Shown: positions 28,580-44,741 of the stretch, piece after piece | How positions within the stretch are numbered: the stretch's first letter is position 1 | Layout of the letters: every line of letters starts with the position of its first letter | Source: the human T2T-CHM13v2.0 reference genome, Homo sapiens | Length of the DNA stretch: 64,000 nt | Strand: one strand, 5' to 3' | Assembly: GCF_009914755.1 (NCBI RefSeq) | Contig: NC_060934.1 | Notes under the pieces: model-generated | Told to the model about the DNA's origin: nothing | Database searches by the model: none | Seen by the model: the letters and a program-made list of their open reading frames with translations, nothing else | Translations under genes and position numbers: made by a program

Positions 28580-29177
28580 TGTAAACCAAAAATAAAATTC
28601 TAAGCCCCCCAGCTGTGGGGAATGAACCCCTCCTCTCAGCCAAGGGCATTCCAAAGTTAACCTGAAAAACTCGTTCAGGCCACGATGGGAAGAAGAAGCC
28701 AGACATGCCTCCTGATCCCCTCCTCCCTTTAGGAATTGCTGATAGAATAGACCCCTTAGGTCTGATAAGAAACATTTACAATCTATTCTCTCTGAAGCCT
28801 GCTACCTGAAGGCTTCATCTGCATGATTAAACCTTGGCTTCCTCCACAACTCCTTATCATAACCCAGACATTCCTTTCTATTGATAATAACCCTTGCAAC
28901 CAATTGCCAATCAGAACTTCTTTTAATCTACCCATGATCTGGAAGCTGCCGCTTCTAGTTGTCCCACATTTCCAGACCGAACCAACGTACACTGTACATG
29001 TATTCATTGATGACTTCTGTCTCCCTAAAATGTATAAAACCAAGTTGTGTCCTGATCACCTTGGACGCATGTTCTCAGGATCTCCTGAGGGCTGTGTCAC
29101 AGGTTACTTGTCACTCATATTTGGCTCAGAATAAATCTGTTGAAATATTTTACGGAGTTTGACTCTTTTCATCAACA
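28580..29177 (+). mobile_element. MER4-family ERV1 solo LTR
   Basis: TGTAAACCAAAAATAAAATTCTAAG...TCATCAACA; TG..CA ends; 4-bp TSD ATAC; AATAAA near the 3' end. Confidence 0.9.
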
Positions 29178-29805
29178 ATACACACAATATGGATGAATGC
29201 ATTATGTTATGATTTAGGGATTTACTAAAGCTACATGATATATGATTATATCTGTAAGACATTCTGGAAAGGGCAAAACTTTAGGAAAAGAAAACGTATC
29301 TGTGGTTTCCAGGGCTTAGGGGTTCAGGAGGTTGACTGTGAAGGACACAAGGACATTCTTTGCATTGTTAAGGAAACTGTTCTATATCTTGACTGTGGTG
29401 ATTTACATGATTGTATGCATTTGTTGAAATTCACTGAACTCTAAAGAGGATGGATGTTACTGCATGTAAACGGTGGCTCAATAAACCTGACTTTAATTAA
29501 AAAAAATGTTAACAGGTTTTTAAAATGCTGTTAACCAGGGACAAATATAATAAGGGTCAGGGCCAAGTGAATGAGAGAAATCTGGTATGAAGGAAGCACA
29601 GGGATTTAACCCAGAAGGAAGATAATCTAAAGAGAGAAAAAATTCTCAGGAGAAGATAAAACCAAGAAATCAGAGCTAAGATGTCTTCAAAAACCAGCTT
29701 CACTCTGGCCTGAGAGGTGATCAGGAAAACACAGAGTATCTTAAGAAATCAGAACTAATTTCCAGCTGCTCTAGAACTGAGGCAACTGAGAGTCACATGA
29801 GGAAT

Positions 29806-30376
29806 GTGGAAGACAGATTGGTGGCCCTGAAGACCGCTGTCCCCTGGTGTACACACCCTGCATAATCCTCTCCACTTGAGTGTGGGTAAGACTTGTAAAC
29901 GTGGTGGGAATTCGCACCAAAGATTAGGTGACTAGTCAGATGACTTTGAGTTCATCAAAAGGCAGGTTACCTGGGTGAACATGATCTAATCAGGTGAGCT
30001 ATAAAAGAAGGGCTAAGATTATTCCGTCAGACTTGAAGAAGCAAACAGCTAATGGTGTTGTGAACGACCTGTGGGGTAATTGATGCAAACACCTGGGGAC
30101 AACCCCTAGGAGTGGAGAGTCTACCAACTCCAGCCTACAGTCAACAAGGAAATGGGAACTGAGCTTGCCAACAGTCAGTGATCTTGAAAACCTCAGATGA
30201 TATCAAAATCCCAACTAACACACTGATTTCATCCCTGTAAGGTTCTGAGCTGAAAACTCAGCTACACCATGCTCAGATTTCTGACCTACAGAAACTTTAA
30301 GATAATACACGTGTATGTTGGTTTAAGCCACTACGTTTGTGGTGAGTTTGCCACACAGCAATAGAAGGCCAATTCA
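29806..30376 (+). mobile_element. MLT1-family MaLR LTR
   Basis: CTGACCTACAGAAACT, TTTAAGCCACTA..TTTGTGGT...CAGCAATAGAA 3' signature. Confidence 0.8.
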
Positions 30377-30562
30377 AAGAGTGATTCATGAATTAAAATG
30401 TGTCAAGTTAGTTTAGTCAACGAGAATATTTTCATGGTTTGACTCCAAGAGCTCCTCACCCAATAGTAAGTTATTTTTAATGTTTTACTATGCATTAAAT
30501 CAAAAAGCATCAAAGAAGTTAACATCATAGAGGGAGGAGGAGGGAGACTAAGGAAACAACAG

Positions 30563-30878
<316 letters not shown>

Positions 30879-31457
30879 TAATTCCATTAATTCTGCCCAG
30901 TGGTGCCCACAGAAAGACAGAATTAATGGAGTAAACTGGTGGAGGGGCCTTCTGCTGGAGCTCCCTGGCCTTGTTTCCTCACACTTGGCAATGTGCTGTC
31001 CCTATAGCCTTCCCTTCTTTACTTCCAGGCCACAACTGCAGCCACCCAAGTACTAAGACTCCTCTCTGGGCTGGACACCCTCCCATAGGTCCCCAGGACC
31101 CATAGTGACATCCAGAGTAGAAAAAACAAATCAGTGTTCACACTCTGACCACACACAGTTGTGGGGCTGGGCACCAGGATATAACCACTCACTTTATCAC
31201 CATAAAAGAAAGCACAAATCATTACTGCTGAGTCTTCCCATATATGTGAAAATAGAGAGAAGGTCCCCACCCCACGCCCTAAATAGTATCATTTGAATTC
31301 TTATGTTAGGTTGCCGTATTCTTGCAAATTAAAATTACCCTTCATTTTCATCTCCATTTTTAAAAATTGCACTCTTCATTTTCATAACATTATTGATTCT
31401 TTTATCCTAAAGCATTGTTAAATGAAATGTCATAAAGCGGAACTTGTAATAACTTAC

Positions 31458-31641
31458 CCTGTAACTTTTTAGTCTGATGAAATCAACCTTCATTGAGACA
31501 AATCGATCTGAATTTCGGCTGATGTTCTTAAGGTGTTCTACGAGATCAGCACAGAATTTGTAACCTCCTTTAAGCACACACAGGACCATGATGTCACTAT
31601 ATCCTATGTCTTTCATAATATCCTTGGCCAGCCGCTCAATT
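31458..31641 (-). CDS. PRTFDC1: PRTFDC1 coding exon 3 ([33 protein letters not shown]...DFIRLKSYR)
   Basis: CCTTCTTTCAG acceptor and GTAAGT donor; 184 nt like HPRT1 exon 3; [10 protein letters not shown] and DFIRLKSY phosphoribosyltransferase motifs; overlaps ORF 31407..31616; ends in phase 0. Confidence 0.98.
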
Positions 31642-31810
31642 CTGAAAGAAGGATAAAAGATATATTAAGGCACAACTACTTCTGAGTATTTATGTTGCTT
31701 TAATGAAATGCAAGATGTATTGTACGTATTCGATTACTCAGAGGAATGTGGGGAAAACCTTGGGAAACAGAAACCCACCGATAGAAAAGCTTTGTTAAGG
31801 TTGAACATAA

Positions 31811-32164
<354 letters not shown>

Positions 32165-32215
32165 TAAAAAATGTACATCAGAATATCTGGCATGCTCCTT
32201 AAAAAGGAACATTTG

Positions 32216-32514
32216 GGCCAAGAGTGGTGTCTCACACCTGTAATCCCAGCACTTTAAGAAATCCAAGATGGGCAGATCACTTAAGGTCAGGAGTTTGAGA
32301 CCAGCCTGGCCAACGTGGTGAAACCCCGTCTCTACTAAAAATACAAAAATTAGCCGGGCATGGTGGCGGGTGCCTGTAATCCCAGCTACTCGGGAAGCTG
32401 AGGCAGGAGAATCCCTTGAACCAAGGAGGCAGAGGTTGCAATGATCTGAGATTGCACCACTGTACTACTCCAGCCTGCGCGACAGAGCAAGGCTCCTTCT
32501 CAAAAAAAAAAAAA
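32216..32514 (+). mobile_element. AluS
   Basis: Forward dimer; TSD ...GAACATTTG. Confidence 0.92.
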
Positions 32515-33336
32515 GAACATTTGTTTCCAACATGATGAAGTAAGGAGGTGAACACATCCTCTCCAGAAAAGCAACTATAAAACTGGGCAAAACTGCCAAA
32601 AACAACCATCTCATCATGTTGGAAATCAACCAAAGGCATACAACAAACTGAGAAGCATTTAATTCTGAAAACCCTGAACACTGGGTGGAAACAGCATGAG
32701 TCTGGGGCATTCTTGTGTGGGGATGCTCTTATTACCCCCCAGCCCCTATCCCCAGCTCTGTTGTTCAAACAGGCAGTTCCACCAAGGTGGTGCACTGCCA
32801 GAGGGAGCTCACCTGATAGGGAACACTGTAAGCTAAAATGGTCACCTTGGTGGCAGGGCTCCACTATCCTGAGGTGCAGTCACCGCTGAGCAGTGCACTG
32901 GCAGGCTGGCTGGGGATTTGATAGGAAGTTCCAGGGAGGAGGTTAGACAGTCATAGAACAGGGGCACACAATAAGTTCTTCATGCATCTCAATTGACCAG
33001 AGGCTGTACATATGCACAGCAGAGTGAGTTCAAGCCACCCACACATCCCTGGACAGTGAAGGCTGTGTACATGTGCAGAGAAGGCACAAGAAAGCTCAGG
33101 GGAAAGTAAACATCGAAAGATTTGAAAATGGTTGGAAATTTGAATCTACTTTCAAGTCCCCACACACCCCCATCAGCAGAGAGTGGAAGACTTACTGGCT
33201 TGACGTATTTGAGCACAACTTCTAACCAATTGTAGGCCAAATACTAAGCTATTCAAACACAGGGTGATCCCTAGTAAGTGAGGCTTAAAAATAAAAACAA
33301 GAGAAAAATAAACCTCACAGACATCAGAAGTTACAC

Positions 33337-33592
<256 letters not shown>

Positions 33593-33794
33593 GTAGAATT
33601 TCACAGAGTGGAAGACAAAAAAGGAAACAACAACAGCAATGAATAGAAAATAGTTATAAATACGATAGATACTAAACATTATATCAATACTCATTTTAAA
33701 TATGAATGGTCTAAATATAGCAATTAAAAGACAGACTGTCAGGGTGGATTAAAAAAAGATCTAACTGTATATTGCCCACAAGAAGCTCACTTTA

Positions 33795-34091
<297 letters not shown>

Positions 34092-35304
34092 AGAAACTCA
34101 CTTTAAATATAAATATAAAAACAGATAGATTAAATGGATGGAGTAAGACATGCCATGCTAACATTAATCAAAAGAAAGTTGGAGTAGCTATTTTAATTTC
34201 AGACAGAGCAGACTTCTGAGTGAGGAATACGCAGGGATAAAGAGCATCATTACACAATAATAAGGAGGTCGATTATCCAAAGAGACATAACAATTCCTAA
34301 TATATATGCTCCTAAAAACAAAGTGTCAAAAACCTAATAGAACTGCAAGGAGAAACAGGCAAATGCACTATTTGGAGACTTTAACATCCCCTCTATCAGT
34401 AATTGACAGGTCCAACAGTCAGAGAATCAGTAAGCATATAGTTGAACTGAGAAGCACCATCAACTGACTGGATCTAATTAACACATATACAATACTTCAC
34501 CCCACAACAGCAGGATACACATTCTTCTTAAAAGATACCAGTAAGAAAATAGTAAGACAAACCATAGGCTGGGAGTAAATATTTGCAAATCATATATCTG
34601 ATAAAGGACTATTATCCAAAATATATAAAGAACTCTTATAGTTCAATAAGAAGATGAACAATTGAATTTAAAAATTGGCAAAAGACTTGAAAAGACCTCT
34701 CTCCAAAGAAGGCTTATGAATAGCTAACAAGTATACTAATGATTAGGAAAATACAAATTAAAACCACGGTGAGATACCATTAGACAGCCACAAGAATGGC
34801 TATAATCAAAAGGACAGACAATATTCAATGTTGGCAAGTATGTGGAAAAACTGAAACCTTCATATGCTGCTGGTGGCAATGTAACAAGGTGCAGCCACTT
34901 TGGAAAATAATTGGCAGTTTCTTACACTTACCAGAAAACCCAGAATTCCACAATGAGAAATCCATCCAAGAGAAATGAAAAGATATGTCCACACAAAACT
35001 TATATGTGAATGTTTATAGAAGCATTTCCACAATAGCCAAAAATGGGACATCCAAATGTACATCAACTGGTCAATCAATAATTAGCTATTGTACGATTTT
35101 CTTACGCAAAATGGCCAGAAAAGACAAATTTATAGAAAAAGATGCTGGAAGTGGGAGCAGGGATTGGCTGCAAACAAACTTTTGGGGATGATGGAAATGT
35201 AAAACTGGATGGTGCTGATGGTTGCCTGACCATAAAAATTTACTAAAAATCATTTAGTTGTTCACCTGCAATGGGTGAATTTTGTGCAGTAGTATATAAA
35301 TTAA

Positions 35305-35776
<472 letters not shown>

Positions 35777-36598
35777 TTATAAATTTATTTCAAAGGTGAA
35801 AACGGACATTCTTGGGCCCCACCCTAGAATATCGATTTGAAATTTCTAGACATAAAGCTTAAGAATATGCATTTTAACAAGTTTACTGGATGATTCTCTT
35901 GTACAAAGAAAAGGCTTAGGGTAACCCTACCCCCTACCCAGGAGTCAATCATGTTCTGACTGATTTTAAATTAATTTTAAATTAGAAAATTCAGGTAAGA
36001 AATGCAAGAATTTGTTTAAATTAGGAGCTTCCCAAACTGGTATTAAGGGAAATCTCTTCTGAGAGTTGTAAATAGGTAAACTGAGTACAAAGTCTCCCTT
36101 TGCACAAAAAAAGGTTGCTTTAATTGTTAAAGTCAAGCAGGTTTCTTTTCTGTGTTCTTCTTTTCTTTTGGCTGGAATTTCCATATTTTCAATATGCTAA
36201 TGTTTGTTTTGATTTGTCAACTGAGAGACAAAAATATGGAAGACACAAAATTTCCAAAGTTTATTTGATCACGGAACGTCCCCCCTCTGTGAGGGTGGGA
36301 CTTCTTTGCCACGGAAAAGCCATCTTAGGACATTGTTATTTTGAGGCTGTTACTTATAATAGCTTATGTATGTATATCCTTCTTACCATATTACCATACC
36401 GCCTGAACAAATGTCCAGGTAAACCATTCAATTTAAGCATACATTCATTTTATTCCAAATTCACTGCCCTATATAAAAGTTCTCTCTACCACTATAAAAC
36501 GCAGCTCAGGGATAGGGTCCTAAAGTATATTGTGGGATTCACACAAGTGTGGGCCGGCCCAGTGCAGGACCAAGATTGACACAGGAAATCACACTCAC

Positions 36599-36705
36599 CT
36601 GTCCACAATGATACCATGAGGGATGAGGACATACTCCAAGTCTCCATAATAGTGCTGTGGGTACGTGAATAAATTCAAGTCATACCCTGGCCAATCATCC
36701 ATAAT
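36599..36705 (-). CDS. PRTFDC1: PRTFDC1 coding exon 2 ([36 protein letters not shown])
   Basis: TTTGCAG acceptor and GTGAGT donor; 107 nt, the same size as HPRT1 exon 2; HPRT-like translation in frame with exons 1 and 3. Confidence 0.97.
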
Positions 36706-36905
36706 CTGCAAATCAAATTATTTTGGTTATGGTATTTTTTCATCAGAAATTTGTTTAAAACATAACAAAAGAGTATCACTTGAGAGGAGAATTCCCTCAA
36801 CTTATGAAAAGTTTAGTGGAACAAGGTTATTTGTTTCCACAACCTGATACAAGGTGCAGTACTAAAGTGAACAGAGCACTCCATTCCCAACTATTGGCAT
36901 CATAA

Positions 36906-37216
<311 letters not shown>

Positions 37217-37809
37217 TATCATACAATAAAAATATAAAGTCAGTGTTTTATAGCTAACCCGATAGCATTATTTGTGAGGGCATATGTGTAATATATAATT
37301 TTTCTCCAAATTATATATTTATAATATATAATATATTTAAATATAAATATATCATAATAAACAACATATTTGTAATTCTAAAATACATGCAGTATCATTA
37401 TTATATTATACATACTATTACATTTCTATTCATTGTAAGTGCCTCATCTGCCTGGAAAAGATTTATTAAAAGTACGTATCTCCTGGGATCAGAGTAGACC
37501 CAAACTTTTGAATGTCTAGTCACTATAGTAAAGACTTTAAAAGGATGTACTATGTTAGACACTTAAACCGTCCTATTAGAAACTGATGATCCAGAAAATT
37601 GGCCTATTCACATAGTGGATGGACTGATAGTAAGTCTCCCTCTCGCTTAGGACTTGATGTGCTAGTTTTACGGTTAGAATAGTAAAGAGGTGGGGGAGAA
37701 ATGGAAGGTGAAGGTGGAGTTACTTTTACTTTTGGAACATCAAGAAAAGATGTAACAATGAAGTGTTACACACTCAGATCATACTCTAGCTGTATTCCAG
37801 TTTCCCATT

Positions 37810-38116
37810 CTTTTTTTTTTTTTTTCTCTCTCTGAGACAGGGTCCCGCACTGTCACCCAGTCTGGAGTGCAGTGGTGCGATCTCTGCTCACTGCAACCCT
37901 GCCTCCCAGGTTCAACTGATTGTCCAGCCTCAGTCCCCTGAGTAGCTGGGACCACAGGTGTGTGCCACCATGCCCAGCTAATTTTTATGTGTTTTTTGTA
38001 GAGATGGGGTTTTGCCACGTTGCCCAGGCTGGTCTTGAGCTCATGGACTCAAGCCATCCGCCTGCCTTAGCCTCCCAAAGTGCTGGGATTACACGCATTA
38101 GCCAGCACAACTGGCC
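37810..38116 (-). mobile_element. AluJ
   Basis: TSD CAGTTTCCCATTCTTT. Confidence 0.9.
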
Positions 38117-38766
38117 TCAGTTTCCCATTCTTTACTCACTCCTGCACACTTTGACTCCTCTGTCCAGCTTTGAGCTTCTGAGGCCTTTCACAATGCAGAC
38201 CCACCCTAATTTTCCAGCACAACTCCCTACACCTTTGCTTCCTGCCTTCAGAATGGTTTGCAGTCAAGTCAGGATCCTTCCCAGCTCTGGGTTTCATTCA
38301 TTCATTTGCCGTGCACCCCTTCATCCTCTCTCCCCCTTTCCTCCTCTACCTCTGTATTCCGAACTCAGAAGCCCAGGTCACACCCCACTTCTTCCTGGAG
38401 GCCTTGCTGACTGCCCCCGGCCTCTGATCTTCTTTCCCAAATTCCTGGTGCCCCTTGTAGCTCTCTGTCTTACCCAAGGCTCCCATGCAGGATCCTTGAG
38501 AAGGCTCCTGTCCCTTGGAATTGTCACTGACTCCTTTCTTTCATCGCCCTCAGGCAACACAGCAGAAAACTATCTTCAACTCCCTCGAAATTTATCCAGG
38601 ACTACCTCTCGGCACCTCCACTGCTATTCCCCCACCCCCAGGCCAGTCCATTGCCACCATGATTTCTCCCAGGACTGTCCCAGGAGCCACTACACTTGCC
38701 TCCCTGCTTCCACTTTGCAGCCCCTCCACATGGAAGCGGGCATGCTCCTTTAAAAATGCACATCAC

Positions 38767-39069
38767 AGCCAGGTACAGTGGCTCATGCCTGTAATCCCAG
38801 CACTTGAGAGGCTGAGGCGGGAAGACCTCTTGAGGCGAGGAGTTAGAGATCAGCCTGAGCAACACAGCAAGATCCTGTTTCTGCAAAAAATTAAAAAATT
38901 AGCCAGGCAAGGTGGTGTCTGCCTGTAGTCCGAGCTACTCAGTAGGCCAAGGTAGGAGGATCACTTGAGCCCGGGAGTTCGAGGCTGCAGTGAGCTGTGA
39001 CTGTGCCACTGCACTTCGGCCTGGGTGACAGAGCAAGACCTTGTCTCTCGAAAAATAAAAATAAAAAAC
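38767..39069 (+). mobile_element. AluJ inserted in an L2 (about 38560-39565)
   Basis: Forward dimer; flanks carry L2 3' motifs ending in AAATGAATGAATG. Confidence 0.85.
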
Positions 39070-39727
39070 AAAGGACATCCTATCATGGCAGCCTTCTGCT
39101 TAGATTTTTTTCAAGGGCTTATCACTTTACTCCAAGTAAAGACCAGAGTCCTCACTGTGGCTCACCAGGGATTACCTTGTCTGACTCATTCCTGGCACTC
39201 TTCCTCTTCCCTCTGCTTCAGCAGCTGCTCTCTTTCAAGTCCTCCGATCTGCCAATCACACCCCTGCCTCCTGAGCTTTGCACTGGCGCCTCCTCTTGCC
39301 TGCAACACTCTTCCTCCAGATTTCCACATGGCTGTCCTCTACTTCTTTCAAGTCTCCATTCAATGTCACCTCTGCAAAGACGCCTTCCCTGACCTTCATA
39401 GCCTGTTTTACCACTGGATGATGTGTGTGTGCATGGGTGTGTTCTGTCAGAACATGAGCTCCTTCTGGCGGAGACTTTTTCTGATTCATTGTTGAATCCC
39501 TCAGTGCCCAGAATGCTGATCTGGAATATGGTATAGTGCTCAAAAATGTTAAATGAATGAATGGATGACACAGTTTCCATCTTCCGGCTACCTGAAAACC
39601 TGAACTCCAACCTGAATTCTCAGTTTGTCTCCTTGTGATAAAGAGCACCACTGTTCAAGGTTCTGGAGATTCCAATGTGTCATATCCATTGGCTGACTGA
39701 TGGCCACATGGTGTATATCATCTATGT

Positions 39728-40021
39728 TATTTTTTAAGAGACAGAATCTCCCTCTGTTGCCTAGGCTTGAGTGGAGTACCACAATCATAGCTCACTGCAG
39801 CCTCGAACTTTTAGGCTCAAGCGATCCTCCCACCTCAGCCTCCCAAGTAGCTGGAGATAAGGAGTGGACAACCACGCTCAGCTTATTTTCTTAATTTCTT
39901 TTGTAGAGACGAGGTCTGGCTATGTTGCCCAGGCTGGTCTCAAACTCCTGGCCTGAAGGGATCCTCCCACCTTGGCCTCCCAAAACACTGGGATTATAAG
40001 TGTGAGCCATCATGCCTGGTC
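39728..40021 (-). mobile_element. AluJ
   Basis: Reverse dimer. Confidence 0.88.
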
Positions 40022-40779
40022 AATCTGCATATTTGATTTGAAAAGTGTCTCGTTTGCTCTCCCTCTACCATCAAACTGGCCGGTGGGACTGCTGGATTTG
40101 CACCAAGCTCCTCTGGCTGCCACCCTGAGAACTCCTTGTACCTGCTATAACCTCTAACACTACAGCAGCTGGCCAGAGTCTAGACTACCAGCTGTACATG
40201 AGGAGATTCTAGGAGAGCCTCTGGCAGGCCACAGTAAAGACCAGACCAGGAGAACCCTGACTGGCCCCAGGCCCCAGGGGGATCATCCAGGTGTACAGCA
40301 CTTTCTGGATCACCTTCCAGACCACATGTACTATCTACCCCACTTTCTGGAGCTCCTCCACCAGTGGCACCATTAACTAGTGGTCTTCTGAATCCATTCC
40401 TCCAACCACATCAATCCTTTACTGCCCCCGTTCTGGTTGAATCTTGGAGCATACTCTCCACTCCATGTTCAAGAGTTTGGCTCTGACACTTACTACTGTG
40501 ATGTTAGGGAGATGACTTACTGTCTCTGAGATCCAGTTTCCCCTTGCTTTAAATAAGACACAGTAAAACCTATGGATAGGGTTATTATAAGGATAATGTA
40601 CTTAGAATACCTGGAACACTGCATGGTGTATAATACATGATGTTTGACGCATAATGCCAAAAAAAGGAAACAGACTAAAAGTGCCAAAAATGAATGCCAA
40701 AAATAGGAAAAAAATGATAAGAAAATCACAAATGAAACAAACCTATAAACTGTAATATGGATCCATAGCCCAGAGGCCA

Positions 40780-41000
40780 CACAGAGTAGTGTGTTAAGAG
40801 CATGGACATGGAAATCTCACACACCTGGGACAAGCCTGCCAGCCATGAGACCTTGGGCGTATTAAATTCTCTTAGTGTATTCATCTATGAAATGGAGTTA
40901 GTGCCTGCCTCATATGGCTATGGTGAGCATTAAATAAGATAATGAATGTAAGACTCATATCAGTTTCTGGTCTACAGTACTTATGCAATAAATGCTAATC
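40780..41000 (+). mobile_element. MIR
   Basis: GACCTTGGGC..TTAA..TCATCTATGAAATGG...ATTAAATAAGATAAT core. Confidence 0.75.
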
Positions 41001-41099
41001 ATTTAGATGAACTGAAACATCAATCATTTAACAACAAATTATATGTTTTAATTCATCTAAAGAAGTGCCTCAAACCTATATGCCAGTGTTATTATCTTA

Positions 41100-41420
<321 letters not shown>

Positions 41421-43306
41421 GTATAAAAGTAGAAGAAATATATTTCTCTAAAACTGTTCTATAATCCAAATTGGCCATTATTTTCAATTAATCTTAAATA
41501 GTGAGTTTTCATTGTTGAGATGAAAGTCGATTCACGACGATGGAAATACTGGTTTATGCTTTGCTAACTTCAATGGTGCATGCAAATCGTGTTGTAAATA
41601 AATCAAAACCTGCAGGAATGGAGGTTGCTATGAACTGTAGATAACTGTTATTCACTTGCTTTTTAAAAAATCAAAACCAGAGTCTGTAGATAGTTTCAGT
41701 ATCACAGATAATATGCTCTAAGTGTATTCAGTACAATGCTTTCTCTGTTCAAAACAGCAAAACATAGCCAAGCTGGGGGAAGTGACAAACCCATTAAGTG
41801 AGTCATTTTATGCAACATCCAAATCCCAGAAGTAATTCTGATTCTCTTTTTCGCACTGAAGATGCACTGAAAACTTTGTAAGTCATTAAAAATAATTTTT
41901 TTTGTGCTTAGACTATTTTTTGCATCATTTTTCTCCCTAAGGGAGAAAACACATACAAGAAGCTAATCTCTGCTCCTCTCCCCTGCTGAGCTCCACAGAT
42001 TGGCCCTGTTCTCTCCTTCAGGCCATAGCTCTCATCTGTCCTCCACCAGCAAGAGAAAGGGGGTCTCATCCCTTCACTCTAATTCAAAGAATCCCAGACA
42101 GGAATTCTGGGATTCCTGTCCTAGCCCTAGAGCCAGGGAAGGAGGTACCCTGGGAAGGGCCCCACCTCACAACCATACATCTTGAAAAGTGGGGACAAGT
42201 GGTTTGCTAAAAGATTCCCAGGTTCTGCTCACAGAGGAATGAAGGAAGCTCGACAGGCCAACCACCTCCTATCCACATGCCTTCCTCTTCTGTGGTGGGT
42301 TTGCCCCACAGAAGGAAAACTCATTACCACCTAGTAGAGCTGTGCTTTCGATGGATTACTTATCTCTGATATTACCTGATTACTTATCTCTGATACTGCC
42401 GTATTTTCATGGGGGTGACAGGAAGCCAGCCATAACAGAAACACAACAATCATTTCTGATTTCTCTCTTCTCCTGATTCCTACCAAACTCACTTAGGTAA
42501 GTACTAATAATAGCTCAGTTGATAATCCTTTGGCAAAACCAAACCAGACAAAAACAAACAAACAAAAACATGTCTAATAACCCGATCCCCAAAAGCCAGG
42601 TGGATAGAGAAGATCTTTATCTCTCCCTGAGAAGTAACAAAGAGGTAACAACCAGGAATCTGGTGACTGTATTAGCTCCAGATCAAGTGACAAGCCAACT
42701 CTGAGCAAAATTTCTGACCTTAGGATCTACCTCTCTTATGTGGCAATTAGCATTTGCTACCATTTATTGTTAATGGTATAAATGTCCTACCTCCCCAGTT
42801 CAACCAAAAGCCAATTTATAGGCAAGAGCCATCTTAAATCTCTTAATATTCCCTTCTCTTGCACAAACTTTACTTCTCGTTTTATATTTATATCATCTGA
42901 CTCTACATCCCTTGCCATCTTTATCAACAGATTTCTACCAACTCGGAATTTTCTTCTCTACCTCATTCCTGGACAATTCCTTGGCTGATTTACTCCAATG
43001 CCTACCTCAACGATCTTTCCAACGACTTCATCTTGTAGCTCCTTCACCAGCCTTAGCTCAAACTACATTCTTAACTCAAATCACATCTTTATTCCCCATT
43101 TAGCAATACATTCACATAGCCAGACCAGTCCTACAGATGGCCCCAACCCTGAAATTCCATCCTGGAATCACAGCTTGCTATGTAGTATAGTGATTGAAAG
43201 CTGGTTCAAATCCCGCTTCTGCCATTTGCTACTTATGCGACCTGGGTGATTTACTTAATCTCTCAGTGCCTCAGTTTCCTCTTCTGTAAAATGGGGAGCA
43301 CACTAG

Positions 43307-43646
<340 letters not shown>

Positions 43647-43970
43647 ACCTGCTCCTTTTTAAAACTGGTACTAATTTGATTTTTTGTATCCCATCCTTGA
43701 GAGCTTTCTATTCTCCCAGTAAACTCATCCTCTCCAGCTCTCCCTTCCCTCCTGCCTTACATGCCATGAGCTGCCTTCTACCAGCAGCTTCGATTCGCTC
43801 TGAAGTTGCCTGCTTATATCCAACTTGAGGTTAATCTAATTATTCCAAGTTCTACTGGAGAAAAGGATGTAAATGTAGGGACTATCTCCATTATATGTGG
43901 ATTATTTCCCACCTTTGTGGGCTCTCATGCAAGCACCAAGCCCCTTGGCAGCTGGTCCAGTTTATACTCA

Positions 43971-43975
43971 TTTTT

Positions 43976-44006
<31 letters not shown>

Positions 44007-44290
44007 TTTTTTTAAGAAGGAGTTTCACTCTTGTTGCCTGGAGTGCAATGGTGCAATCTTGGATTGCTGCAACCTCCACCTTCCGGATTCAAGCAATTCT
44101 CCTGCTTCTGCCTCCCAAGTAGCTGTGATTACAGGCATGCACTACCATGCCAAGCTAATTTTGTATTTTTAGTAGCAGCAAGGTTTTACGATGTTGGTCA
44201 GGATTCTATTGAACTCCTGACCTCAGGAGATCCACCCACCTCGGCCTCCCAAAGTGGTGGGATTACAGGTATGAGCCACCTCACCTGGCC
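43971..44290 (-). mobile_element. AluS with (TTTA)n tail
   Basis: Reverse dimer. Confidence 0.9.
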
Positions 44291-44499
44291 CTCTACTCTC
44301 TTGATACCCCTCTCACTACCTCTTTGCATCTTTCAAAAAATTACCTTGCTTCCAAGAGGACCTCTGTTGACACCAATAGACTGGGCTATTTACAGTGTTC
44401 TCTCACTTGTTTTTTAGACTTCAACAATTTACCTACTCTATCCGTGCATCTAGATTCACCTTATTCTTTTCTAAAAGTATGTAGTATGTTACGGTAGTA

Positions 44500-44741
44500 C
44501 AAGTTGAGTACCCCTTATCCAAAATGCTTGGGATCAGATGCGTTTCCAATTTCAGATTTTTTTTCCTTTGGATTTTGGAATATTTGCATTATACTTCCTG
44601 GTTGAGCATCCCTAATCTGAAAATCCGAAATCCAAAATGCTCCAGTAAGCATCTCCTTTCAGCATCATGTTGGTGCTCAGAAAGTTTCAGATTTTGGAGC
44701 ATTTCGGATTTTGGATTTTTGGATTAGGGATGCTCAACTTG
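44500..44741. mobile_element. Tigger4a/MER46A-like Tc1-mariner MITE
   Basis: TIRs CAAGTTGAGTACCCCT / AGGGATGCTCAACTTG flanked by TA TSDs; 242 bp. Confidence 0.88.

Noticed and set aside
31407-31457. Extension of the exon 3 ORF (VSYYKFRF...)
   Set aside because: Lies beyond a canonical GTAAGT donor, where HPRT similarity stops
37920-38753. 277-aa plus-strand ORF, the longest in the track
   Set aside because: Begins in an antisense Alu at a non-ATG codon and ends in L2; no recognisable domain; antisense in intron 1
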